Source of the DNA: Blastocladiella emersonii ATCC 22665
Lineage: Eukaryota; Fungi; Blastocladiomycota
DNA: 64,000 nt
Assembly: GCA_025594325.1 (NCBI GenBank)
Contig: JANHCV010000004.1
Coordinates: forward strand, 248,001 to 312,000
Reading direction: 5' to 3'
Shown here: positions 45,786 through 57,889 of the stretch, piece after piece
Layout: each line of letters starts with the position of its first letter
Position numbering within the stretch: the first letter of the stretch is position 1
Translations under genes and position numbers: made by a program
The notes under the pieces: generated by a model
What the model was told of the DNA's origin: nothing
Databases searched by the model: none
The model's input: the letters and a program-made list of their open reading frames with translations, nothing else

Positions 45786-46450
45786 ATGCACGCGACCAAT
45801 CCACACTTGCAGTTCCTACGCGTGTGCTGGCTTGCCCAAGCTAAAGCTTCATGCTGCCTCCAGCTGCCACAGGCTGGACATGCGCAGCAAGCAGCTGGCT
45901 TGTACAAGATATGCGTGCTGATGGCCTTGCTGGGTCTTTCTCCCCCATCCACGTTGTGTGATAGCAGGATAGAGAACACTGCCAATATGTTGCACTTGGA
46001 CAACTTGTCTGCACCAATCAAGGCGCTGCAAGAGCAGATTGACCACCTCTGCTTGATCTTTGAGGGTACGCACACGCATTGACAAAAACTAGCTCTGCGC
46101 CTTGCGAATTGAGACTCACGCGCGCAACAGGCACAACTTGCATTCCTGCTTCCAGACCTCGAGGGTGGCGACTTGCCTGCCACTGTCAAGGCGGCAGCTG
46201 CCATGTCCAAGGCCCTCATTCCGCTTGCCATCAAGAACAAGGAGCTGTGCACGCGCGTTGGCAAGAACGAGTGCCGCTTCACAGTCCTGCTGCGCTCCAT
46301 AAACAAGATTGAGCAGCGCCAGAGTATCTTGCCAACCTGTGCCACCACCCGCTTGCCGCCACCCCCTGCCACCACCTGCCAAGGGGAAGCGCGCTGCCAC
46401 CACCAGTACTGCTGGCGTGTGCTGCTCAATGCCATTGCCAGCATTGGCCT
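45786..46450 (+). pseudogene. Decayed coding sequence (coiled-coil-like) with a CpG-to-TpG/CpA signature
   Basis: KNKELCTRVGKNECRFTVLLRSINKIEQR becomes an E/R-rich coiled coil when CpA/TpG are reverted. There is an intron-like GTACGC...CTCAC...CAG at 46066-46130. Family not recognised. Confidence 0.4.
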
Positions 46451-46879
46451 CCAAGTCTGTGCTGTTCCCAGCCACCCCCGTTGCGTGCAAGTGCTGCTCA
46501 GGGGCCATGGCAGGTTGCGCACGCTGTGCATGTGCATCAGTATGCACACGGGGCCATGGCCCTGCTGCTGGATGCAAACGCGCTACCGCTGGGTCGTTGT
46601 GCTACTGCTAAACGAACGGTTGAGCAGATTGATTGTCAAGCGGGAAGAGGTTGATGATTGTGTTCCAAGATACGGCCAATGTAATTAATCCTCATGCGTG
46701 TGTTGTGTGTGCAAATATCTTTTTGAATGCCGCCTTGAGGTGTCCGTTGCATGGATCAAACGTCGAATAGATGAGTCTCCTTGGTCTCTATTCTGCCAAG
46801 CGTGTTCTGGGAGCTGTCCACTATGAAGTTCTTCAAACTAGTTTCAGAATTAAAACCTGTAGTATAGGCTAGCAAGCAA

Positions 46880-46951
46880 GTCATCTTAGTATAGTGGTTA
46901 GTACTCCACGTTGTGGCCGTGGCGACCCCAGTTCGATTCTGGGAGATGACA
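46880..46951 (+). tRNA. tRNA-His(GTG)
   Basis: GTCATCT/AGATGAC acceptor, CCACG-TTGTGGC-CGTGG anticodon arm, GTTCGATTC, then a T-run. Confidence 0.95.
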
Positions 46952-47000
46952 CCTTTTTTTTCTTCCGTCACACTTACCATGCGTTGGAAAAAAAAAAAAT

Positions 47001-47072
47001 TAGCGTCTGTAGGTTTCGATCCTACGACCTCAGGGTTATGAGCCCTGCGCGCTTCCTCTGCGCCAAGACGCT
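47001..47072 (-). tRNA. Initiator tRNA-Met(CAT)
   Basis: A1-U72 pair (AGCGTCT/AGACGCT), GGG/CCC pairs in the anticodon stem, initiator-type GGATCGAAACC T-loop, and a T-run downstream. Confidence 0.95.
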
Positions 47073-50000
47073 GATGTCCATCCGGTCCCACAAAAGAGTT
47101 GATAGCGTAAAACCTCAAATGATTTCTTGGGACAGCGCAAGCAAGTAGGAAGAGGTGGAGCGCTGCGTCCAGGCATCAGGAATCCGGGAGGATTCAGCTA
47201 ATGGGTGGAGGCTAGGTGGACCCAGGCTGATTCAAGGGCTGAGTTAGCTATCCCTTGGGTCTAGCTGACCTCACCTTGAGTCAGGCTTTCCTTGGCTAAC
47301 CTCTAGCGCGACAGTCGCGGAATATACTGGCAAGGCAATGCTGTAACAGAGCGTGGTGATGAAGATGACACCGCAATGACGCGCCCGCTCGTGCTTGCCT
47401 CACCCGCTCTGTGCCAACAAGGAATTATGTCATATCAAGTGCCCCTTTCTTGGATCTTGCAACGACGACCAGCCTCTCAGCACCGGCTTGAGGACAACAT
47501 GGCGGGCGACGTTGCGGACAATGACGTGTTGCAGGGGCCAGCAAGTGGCGACATCTTCAACCACTGCAACAAGTTGGCCCAGCATGAGAGTAATGCTGAG
47601 GCCGACCACTCACTCTACCCAGGCGGCGAGGAGTGAGTAAGCTCGCGCGCCTGCTGTTGAGACCGCGAGGCTGACTTTGCTGTAATTCTGCTCTCCTTGT
47701 TCCCCATGCTTTGCTGCCAATGGTGCTGCCCACTCACTGAGCTGCGCAAGGTTAGCGTCAGGGAGTTGCAGCTCGGCTGACTGCGAGACGGGCCGCGAGA
47801 CGCGTTGCAAAAACACGTGGGGGTCATCCGCACATGAAGTAGCTGGGCTGGTGACTTGGCAGCCTTTGGCACGCGCGTTTGGGAGCTGAGGGATTTGTCT
47901 TCGCGCGGCGGTCGCTTCCCGCTCCCGCTCTCTCAATGCGTCCACCCCGCAATGAAGTACTTGATACCCTTGCAGCACAGCACTCTCGCCGGCCACCGTC
48001 ACCGCTGCCCCCTTGCTACGCCATCCTTGCCGTCGCCAAGCTTGGCTCCAGACACGCCCAACGTTGCGGCGCAAGCCTGGCACGCTGCCGCTGGCAACGC
48101 TTGCCACCGTACTGCAATGCGTGAGCCGTCCCGCCGTCATGGCGCCATGGGTGCTATCTTGCCACCATTGTGTTGTTGCCGTGGGTGCGCGTGTCTCACG
48201 CGCGCGCGGCGCGCTGTCGTGCGCTGGCTCCACCTGCATGCTATCCTGCAGCAACAGGGCACAGTGCAGCGCGAGGCAACGCACCCGCTGCGGCGTCAAC
48301 CGCGCGCGCGTGAACCAGTGGAACTAATGACTAATGACTGGGCGGCGCTTGTGTAGCCAGCCGCGTGCGCGCGTCCAAGTCAGTGGTCTTGAGCCTTTTG
48401 ACTCACAGATACCCTGGCCATTGAGCTTGCTGCACGCATCACGGTACGCATTCCGCTGCGCGTCAGCACCGCGTGCCTTGGCCTCACCGCGCACAACTGT
48501 AGAGAGCGGTGGTGGACTAGCTCAGGCGGTCCGCTTGTGGCCACCACGCGGCTCACGCCCACGTCTCAGGTACGTTTGCTCAACTTGGTTCCACAGCTGA
48601 CGCGGCTCTGACTTGCCTCCTCTCATTCGCCATCTTGATAGACTGCGGTCCTTACGTGCCATGCGTCCCACCGCCTCTTGACGGACCACCAGGAACGCCT
48701 TTGCTACAGCTGCGCACACGGCAGCAACACAGTACGCCCTCAACTTGCGCGCCTTGACGCGCAATGCAACTCACTTGACCGCGTATGTGTCCAGACGCTG
48801 CTCCTCGCGTAATACCAATTTCGTACCCAAGGTACGCGTCTCCTGCCAATTGTTGACTGCGGCCATGTACTGACACTACTCGCCCAACTAGAGGCACAGG
48901 CAGGAGAACCAGACGGTCAAGCGCGCAAGGCCCTGATCCCCAAGCTGACCGCAAATGCGGACAAGGCCAAGCAGATCCGTGGCCTCATGGACCCGCTCGG
49001 CAAGCAATGAGGCGCGGCGGCACCTGCGTGCTGGCTGACGCGAGCGTCTGATTGCAGTGGCCATGTCTAATACATGGGCCGCTCGAGCTACATTCTCCTA
49101 TCTTTGTCTCGCGTTTACTTCATCGACTGCTTGAATGAGCTTGTTTGAGCGACGATCAAGCTAAATGCAAGCAGTTTTAGCTCGGTCGGGGCAAGCGCTA
49201 GCTGACTTGGGCTGCGCCGAGCTGCGGTTAGCTGGCGATCAGCCCAGCGATCAGGCCTGCCGCTGGCGGAGAAGCCAGCCTTCCGCTCAGCTAGCTCTTG
49301 TTAGCAAAACATTAGCGAGTCGCTAGCTCGCCATCAGCTATCAGCTGTCCAACGTTCGCTGATTGCCAGCTCAGAAACCTTGGCTAGCGCTGGATATCCC
49401 TGTCTAGCTGTCAGCTATCGCTGGCTAATGACGAGTGAGCTAGACCCAGCTTGAGTCAGACAGCAAAAGTCCCTGACGTTGGCTAAACGGGACCTCAGCT
49501 GACGTGTCATCCAGCGCAAGCCAAAACTAGCAGGCCCCAAGCTAGCTCCTCCCGGTTTCCTGATGCTGGCTGAAAGAACAACCGCAAACACACGCGTTTG
49601 AGTGAGAGTTGATGGGATGTGGTTGGCCTTGGTTGATGGGAGGAGTATTGCAAAGTTGAGCACGCATCAACCGCTGTTGCTCTAACCCGCTGCTCTTGAC
49701 AACACACTGTCGCCATAGTAGTGGTCCTGTTACAAAGGGCTTGCAGACAAGACCAACGCATCCGAAATAAATGATCCCGTCAGGTTGGAGCCTGAGGCGA
49801 CGCGCGTGTTTTGCAACGGCCATTGTGTTTCACGCGTCGCGCATCAAGTTCTGCGCCATGATGGGAACGTTTTTTTTAGTCAAATTGTCGAGCTGCTAGA
49901 TTCGAGCTGCTAGATGCTGGCCCAGTATGACCTTGGCTTGATGCAAGCGGATCTATTTGGCCACGCCACGCGAGCGGTTGCAGTTGCAGTTGCGCGGACC

Positions 50001-51990
50001 CTTGAAAATGTTCTTGAAATCCGCGCCGCCCGACTACAGTATCTGCTGGACGAGGAAGACAACCAAACCAAAAGCGAACCACCAATTGCAACCAATGCTG
50101 GCGTTGGTTTGGGTTTCGCTGATTGTGGGCTGTTGAGACAGGGATCACAGCTCAACGATGACTCTTCAAAGTCCCCTCCTTGCTAGCGGGGGGCCCGCTG
50201 GGCTATGTACAGCGGGGCGCGCTGGCAGACGCGTTGGTGCGCGCCGCGGGCGGTGAGAGACGCGACACGCGTCCTGGCTCGGGGCCTCATGCGGCCGTGC
50301 AAGGGACGTGTGGTAACGCGGCTGTCTCACGCGGGCTGCGACACAGGCCAGCTGAGGTCAGGACTGGACCCCAAATCCTAACACTGGCCATTGTTGCGCC
50401 CCAACGTTTGCTTCGTCCTCTGCTGCTCGCCTTCAACCTGCATCAGATCATATTTTATTTTTTAATGAGTTGCAGCAACACTTTAGCTTGCATATGACCA
50501 GTCACAAGGATTGATTGGAACGGAGGAGCTTCAACAATAGCTGAGCTTCAACATTGAACAGGACTTGGGGCCCAAATGGAGCTGATTCTCAGCAGTAGGC
50601 TGAGTTTCTCCCGAGCTGAATTCGGCTTGAAGCTGGGCTATCAATGAGCTCAACTTCCCGTGACCTCTAGCTCCTTCAGCTCCGACTCTGAGCTCTGACC
50701 TCAGACCTCGAGTTCTCTGACTTCAGCAATTGGTCCAACGTTATGACTTCCCGCAATGGTTTCGACTCGGTCTAGTAAAAATTCCGATACTATTACCGCC
50801 TCGCTACGACCACCCACAGCAGCTGTGCACTGGTACTCCAACTTGCGGTCTCAATGGCCTCATACATTCGACCTGTCCAACTCTCCAACCCTCTAAGCTA
50901 CAACTCGGCCAATTGAAGCTGCAGCTTGGACGTGTTAGCACATTCGAGCACCCACACAGCTCGACGAAGCTCCGGACTGTGCGGTGGTGGCACAGGGGGT
51001 GGCTTGGTCGGGTGGCGCAGCAGTGGGAGACGCGTCACTGACCACAGCTCCAACCTCCGACCTCCTTCGCCCGTTCTACGTCTGGGACTGCAGGTTAGAC
51101 TCTCCAACTCCATGCATTGACTTCGAATAGGTCTGAAAATGAAATCGACATTTTGGAGGGCTAGCTGTGCGAGTCGTGGGACACAGTAGCCGTCGCGAGA
51201 CGGACGCGTGGTCTCCAAACTGACAAGACCTCGTCCTCAAATGTGTTGAGCTCATCCGCGCGCCCACAGCGACTGGACTGGTCGACAATACCTCTACGAT
51301 AGCAGAAACCGATAAATCGGTCAATTTTCAAGGAATAATCAACTCTTGGTTACGTTCAGACTGACGCCAGCGCTGGTCGCGATTGATGAGTCGCACTGGA
51401 TTCAAATTTGTCATTCGCACGACGTCCTCAAACATCTCCACAACTGCAACGTCTTGGAACGCGGTGTCGAGTACATCCACTCCAGACGAGCGAGCGCCCT
51501 TCCCCTTCAGGATTTGGAGAAGCTCAACAACTCAAGTGCTGAGGTCCCGATTACGGCACAGAACTTGGTGCACAACGCATGTAAGGCGATGGCCGCCAAT
51601 AAACACGGGTGTTGCCTTGGTCTCTCTCTGTTCTAGTACAAGTGCAAGTTCTTCCGGACCTCCTTGAAAGAGTATGGGCCTCCAATTCGACACGAGCTCG
51701 CGTAAACGTTGACAAAGATGGTGGTTCAAGGCATTACTTCTGAGAAGATCACCGCCGGCCTTGCCTATCTGACGTTCTAGCCGGACCACTGACTCGCCCA
51801 GCCTACTCACCTACTGCTGGGACAAAGTATGCAACGTACACACCCCTAGTATCTGACAAAAATATAGAGACGGAGTGGTTGAAGTGGCTGGCGCAAGCAA
51901 TAAAGCTGGAGTCGGAGTTGTTGTGGCACAACAGGTTGCGCGAGCGGGTGGCACAGCAGCAGGCAAAAGCAGTGAGTAACCAGCCAGCAT

Positions 51991-52172
51991 TGTTACGCGT
52001 CGTTGATGTGCTGACGATCGTGGTGATCGTCCACCTGATCTTGCGTGTTTACGCCCGCAACCGTCTCGCTGGCCCACTGCGCTCCCGCGTCGCCGCTCCC
52101 CGCTTTGTCATCCTCTCTCCCCTCACCCAGCCCTGCTTCGGGGCCGAAGGCAGGAATACACAACCCTGACTA
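51991..52172 (-). repeat. Right copy of the ~180-bp imperfect inverted repeat (partner 42138-42316)
   Basis: Ends GGCAGGAATACACAACCCTGACTA. Confidence 0.85.
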
Positions 52173-52581
52173 CTTGTTCCTCGCCTCGCTGCCGCTCAGC
52201 ACCTAGACCTGGTCGATCCCCCTTGGGACTTGACAAGCATCTCCTGCTACAGCTGGTTACTCACCTCACAATTGGCAGTTCAGACGGGAGACTTACACTA
52301 CAATATGAGAACTCATTTTAGGTTGAGCTGAGGCCAATGCGGGGATTCAGAGAGTCGGAGTTGGAGTCAGAGAAACGAAGATTGGAGGTTGGAGGTTGGA
52401 TGTTGGAGCTTAAGTCAAAGCCAGAGAAGTTGGATCTGGAGCGTCATGGGAATTTGAGCTCATTGATAGCCGAATTTAGATTAAGCTCGACATTAACTCA
52501 GCCTACCTATACTGCTGAGAACCATCAATTCGATTTCGACGCGTTGAACCGGAACAAACAAAATGCTCCAGGGCAAAAAAG

Positions 52582-52654
52582 CGAGCATACCAGGGTTCGA
52601 ACCTGGGTCCTTCAGTGCCGGAAACTGACGCGGTATCCACTCCGCTATATGCCC
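52582..52654 (-). tRNA. tRNA-Arg(CCG), copy in the left arm
   Basis: GGGCATA/TATGCTC acceptor, TCAGT-TTCCGGC-ACTGA anticodon arm, GGTTCGAACC, then T6. Confidence 0.92.
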
Positions 52655-53310
52655 TTTTAGTGCTGCTGCACATCCCTTCGGGCTCCAAACGTAATATAAA
52701 GGACTACGGCTAGAGTCCAGCATAGCGGTTGCTGCCAACGCAGGGCAATACAGCTCGTCTCTTCACCGCAATCCTAAAGTTACTACCGGCAGCTCTCTGT
52801 TGTGTAGTGTATCCGCTTACAGTCAAAAAGTTGCCACCTGGGCATACCACAGCGCAAAGCTTGTTGGACGACGCGTAGAGCACAACGACCGCTGCGAAAC
52901 ACATTCGCCGGCTTGGGCTCTGCATTCACGACATAGTTTGATTTCTTTCTGGTTGCGCCACATTGGCGCAGTGGTGTGACGCGCTTACCCCCTTACTTGT
53001 GCGCTTGGCATGATCCCTGCGCGCGTTCCTGTAGGATGCCGAACCGTGGCAGTTCCTGGGTCGCAAATTGCTGTCTAGACTCGACTGCGCCCACCCAACT
53101 CGGCAGTGGCGTTTGTGGCCTGCATCACACGTTCAATCATGACTTGGATCAATCATCTCGTCTTTGAGCAGCGCGTTCAGGTGCTTGTGTTTAATTTCAG
53201 TGCCAGTATCTGTAAGAGCTGACAGCGCGCAGGGCCGAAAGAATGGCGCAATAAGCTTGGGCGACCAGAAGCGTTAGGAACTGCTCCCCTCTGTGCTGGG
53301 CTTTCAATCC

Positions 53311-53500
53311 CACACCTCCCCCCACACCTCCCCCCACACCTCCCCCCACACCTCCCCCCACACCTCCCCCCACACCTCCCCCCACACCTCCCCCCACACC
53401 TCCCCCCACACCTCCCCACCCCCTCCCCACCCCACCCAACCCCACCCAACCCAACTCAACTAAACCCAACTCAACTCACTCCACCTCAACTCAACCCACC
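53311..53500 (-). repeat. C-rich minisatellite (CACACCTCCCCC x8 plus a partial unit) and CCAAC/TCAAC pentamers, left arm
   Basis: Direct read. Confidence 0.95.
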
Positions 53501-55706
53501 TCGAATCACGCGTTGATGAATGATGAATGATAAATGTGCGGCGGCGTTTATTGGTAATGGTGCCGCGTGAGCGCGAATGAGTTTCGCGTCTGTTGCTATA
53601 AAACGCGCAAGAGGAGATCACAGCGAGCAAAAAGAGTAAGAAGTCTGTACCAGACGCGTCACTGTTGATGGCCGTCATGATCGCGGCTGACACGTCCTTG
53701 CGTCGTTGATCTTCAGCGTGCGCTTCGTCATTTGGACAGCAGAACTAGGCGTGGTGCGCGTCGGTGAGACTTGTCAGGAGGTTGATGCCGCAAAGTGTCG
53801 TGACACGAGAAAACGCGACGTAAAGCGCGTGTCAGTCAACAGGCATCCAAATCGGCATAAGATCACAGGTGATGATGACCTTGGTGCGCGTCTGGCCCTG
53901 CACTCCGTGACAGGTGAGCGCGTATGCAGGCACAATTGGGGACTGCTGGATGCCAACGGTTTGAACTCCTGGTGGAAGCTGATTTTTCTTGAGAGTCCCG
54001 ATCGGCCGCGTGCAGTTGATCAGGTCAAACTTGAACTACTCGCTTTCGAGCGGGAGCGGAACCACGTTGTCAGGCCACGAATCTAAAAGTCCAGGGAATC
54101 GAGGTTTTCCCTGGGCGCCGTCAATCTTGGCCCAAACGCTGATGGGCGGGGCAGATGCTACTTTGTCAAACCCAAGTGCCAAATCGTGCCGTGGAACTGG
54201 ATGTGCTTGGGCCAATCAATGTGGTAGACGGTACCAGGCAAGCCGTTTGCGACCCCCCTGGCCACGGCGAGGTTGTGCGTGACGCGGACCTTCATACCCA
54301 CAAAGATTGGAAGCAGGGCAGAAAGTCCGCCCGCCACCTTGTCATTGCACTCGTAAGTTGCAGCGCGAGCGCGTTTGAAGAAGCTCCACGTGCTCCGTCT
54401 TTTCACGCCGATCCAGGAGCTGTTGCTGCACAGGCGTTACCGTTGTGATGCGCACTAGATCTGTGCGCTCCTCGCGTTCCTCTTGGCCAATAGCCACCTC
54501 TACAAGTACCTGCGCCTTAACGAGGATGAGCTCGTGCGTCTTGACGCGGCCGCCACGGCCGCGGCGGCCGGGGAGCACGCTGGCGGCGAGGAGCAGCAGG
54601 TCGAGGTGGACCCGCACTTCGAGGCGACCTTCTTGCGCGTTGACGACACCGGCGCGTGTGGCGCAGGCTCGCGCCGAGACGAGTGACGTCACCCGCGACT
54701 CGTCACGTGCGGATGAGCCGCGCGTCGACCACCCGGTTTCCGCTGATCCCGCGCTTGAGGAGACCGTCGAAATGATCCAGACGCACGTCATCTCGATTTG
54801 ACCGCACGCTGACGACCTCGTTGCTCTCGAGGCGGCCGTTGGCGACTACACGCGCGAAAACGAGGAGGAGGGCGAGATGGACCCCAAGATTGCGGCCGCG
54901 CTCCACGGCCAAGGTGACGGCGGAGATACTCTCCTGGCAGGACTGCGCGACTCGATGCATTCTGGCCGCGGGAACGCACCGCCCCGAGGCAACTGTTTCG
55001 GATGCAGAAGATGATGATGACGTCGACTTTGACCGCGTCGCGTTGTCCTCCGCACTCGCGTCACTCGACGCAACTGCCGCCAATGTCGACGGCGAGTACA
55101 GAGACGATGATCTCGATCGCATCATCTCGCTCTTCAGCACTCCTCCCCCTGTCACTCAAGAACCTGTTGCTGCCGTGAAGCTGGACGACGATCCCGCTCA
55201 TCCCGGAGATTGAGGCGTCATCCTGCCTCGTGCTGCCGAGTTTCTGCTCATGTCGGACCCGTACTTCTTCGAGAAGCTGTACCCCGCACTCTTCCCCTTT
55301 GGCCGCGGCGGGCTTGGTGAGAAGCGGCAGAACCGCTATTCGCAGGCGGGCATCCTCAAGCACTACCTGCTCCTTTCGCACGGTCGATTCGCGCGGGACC
55401 CGGTGTTCAAGCTCGCTGCCTTCGATTACATTGCGACGGCACGCGTGGAGGTCTTCCTGCGCGCGCGGATTCCCGAGGTTGCCACGTGCGCCTGTCGCTC
55501 ACGCCCGAGCAGCTCAAGGCCGCGCTCAAGCACAAGAAGCGGACCCGCCGCGCGGCCGAGTTGGGCCAGACCGCAACGACTCCTGCGCAAGATGCAGATG
55601 TCGCGGCCACTGATCGAGCGCTTCGCGATCTCACAGCTGTTACGCGCAGCATGTATGGGAGCAACGCGGAGCGCGAAAGGTTCTCGCGCCACCTCGACGC
55701 CATGAG

Positions 55707-57889
55707 TAGAGGTCTCCATGGATTTTTCGCGGCTTGCCGGAAATCCAGACGCGTCGTGTGGCTTGGATTCTGTGGATCGCTGTGGATCGCTGTGACGCGC
55801 AGGATTTCTTCTCCCCTCCTCCCCTCGTCGAGAAGTTGGTCTCCATGAAACAACACTGAATGCAATCATCATTTTAAGCCCTAAACATGAATCCTATGCA
55901 GCCCGAACCCGCGCGCCGGTCCGCGCGCATTCGGGCCTCTGGCGCTCAATCGCGCGACCCTCCCGCTCCCGCTCCCGATGCTTCGAGTGCCGCTGGGAGT
56001 GCTCCTCGTGCACCTTCGCATGCCGGGAAGCCTGCTGGCGCGAAGGCCCGCACGACCGGCCGTAACTCGAGCGGCCCCGCCGCGTCGGCGACTGTGGGAA
56101 CCGCTCCCTCGAGCGCGTCTTCTGCCACTTCGCCTCCCCTCGCTTCGCCTCAAGGCACGGTGCACGGTGCAGCGCTCGCTTCTTCTTCCTCTGCTGCCGC
56201 AGCCCCTCGTAAGCCGGCCAAACGACGCGTCGAGCCACCTGCAGATGAGAATGGTCCGCCCGCACAGAAACGACGCCGCGCCACGCCCGCTCCTTCGGAA
56301 CCTCGGACTGCGCCTCGCCGCCACGCACAAAAGGTCGAACACGGGAACGCTTTGGCCGGTTTCTTGCCGCCCATGGGCGCGATTCCCGCCGCGTCCTCGC
56401 CTCGCGCTTCCGGCACCTCCGCTGGTGCCTCGGCGGCCTCGCCCTCTATCGCCGCGGCTTTGGCATCGACTACAGCTGCTGCTTCCGCCATCTCGACGGG
56501 CGCAATCTCTCCCGACTTGGATGCCTCGAGCGACGTTGCGAGCGAGGTGGCGACTGTCGGAGGCGTGGTTTCGGCCGCGACTGCTGGCACGGCTGTGGAA
56601 GATCCGGTCGAGCTTTTTCTCCGAGGTGCGAAAAACCGAGCCTTGTACGAACGGTTCTCGCTCTACATCTCCGAGCACGACGAGGTCCGCGAGGTCCGCG
56701 CGCGATGCAACTATGACATCTCACGGAAGCGGCACGTTTGATGTACGCGAAACTGATGGCGTACTGGGGCACCATCCAGCACAATGCTGCCGTTTGTTTT
56801 TTCCTCGACCCGTACGAGGGCGGCCTCAAGACCCTTGCGTACATGCTCCGCGAGCACTGCGGCACTCCCGAAGTCGAGGTGAACCACGCTGTCCAGGTTC
56901 TGCGCGCGCGGTACTCATCGCGACCGTTCTCCGCGTCAAGGATCACTGACGTCGGAGCTGCGCCGTGTAGCGTACTCGAGGAGACGGAGGGGAAGCCTGC
57001 TGATGCTACGACTTCGGCGCCTATGGTTTCAAGTAAGCCGTCGTTCAGCAACGCCGCGAACATTCGCGGCGCGTTCCCGCCGTCGGTGCAGGCACCCGCG
57101 CCTGACGCGTCTGGCGGGCACCCCGTGAGCGCCTGCGCGCGCAAGCTGCAGTACTACGAGAGCACGGTCGAGAACCTCGCGCAGCAGATCTCGGACGGCC
57201 AGATCGACCAGGTCGAGAACGCGACGTTCGCCTTCTGGCGCGCCAACGAGGAGAAGTTCCCGCCCATCGCGCGTCTGGCGCGTCGGTATCTCTGTATACC
57301 AGCGTCGTCGGTCTCAAGTGAGCGGGTACGATCCACTCCCACGCCGCCCACACGCGTCGCCCGCGCGTGTCGCCCGCGCGCGCCGCCCACACGCGTCGCC
57401 CGCGCGTGTCGCCCGCACACCGTCCTCGTGTGCGAAACTGACCGTGCTGCGCTCGCGCGTGTAGCTCTTCACCCGTTCGGGTCGCATCGTCTCCTCCCGC
57501 CGCGGCAAGCTCAAGAACGACCTGATCGAGTCGGTTGTCCTCCTCAAGCCGTTCCTGGAGCACGCCGAGTTCCTCGGGATCGAGATGGAGCCTCTCTACG
57601 AGAACATGCGACACACCAGCATGATCGAGGCCGAGGAGGACGAGGGCGAGGGCGAGATCGAGGAGATGGAGCTCCGCCGCGATGCGTGAGCAGGGCGAGC
57701 GCAAGGACGGGCACATTTACATATTTTGACCCCGCCCGTCGATTCTCCCGCGAATATCATCCCTAATGCATCAAGTCATGTATTCATAGATGGGGGTTAG
57801 ATTTTACGGGAGGGGGGCGGTGAACTCCCACTGATCCACAGGATCCAGATCCAAACCAAGCCAAGCCACACGATCCATGGAGACCTCTA
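55707..57889 (+). mobile_element. Non-autonomous (internally deleted) hAT transposon, 2183 bp
   Basis: Perfect 17-bp TIRs TAGAGGTCTCCATGGAT/ATCCATGGAGACCTCTA, an 8-bp TSD GCCATGAG/GCCATGAC (7 of 8 match), and subterminal (GT)GGATC-type repeats. Confidence 0.92.
55887..57689 (+). pseudogene. hAT transposase relic: low-complexity N-terminus, a frameshifted junction, then the C-terminal dimerisation domain; intron 57326-57464
   Basis: KLMAYW...CFFLDP; FWRANEEKFPPIARLARRYLCIPASSVSSER|LFTRSGRIVSSRRGKL after splicing. No recognisable DDE core. Confidence 0.8.

Larger units (their letters stand above)
52226..54401 (-). repeat. Left arm of a near-perfect inverted duplication of at least 2.18 kb (partner 61813 to >64000)
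   Basis: The reverse complement matches 61813-64000 end to end. Visible differences are at least two substitutions and one 12-bp repeat unit. The outer limit is unknown because the partner runs off the window. Confidence 0.97.

Noticed and set aside
51346-51636. LVAIDESHW as a RecQ/DEAH motif II (would suggest an AcademH-type element inside the 180-bp inverted repeats)
   Set aside because: The flanking residues do not continue the RecQ pattern and no other helicase or transposase motif is nearby. An HMM search of the 42-52 kb six-frame translation would settle it.
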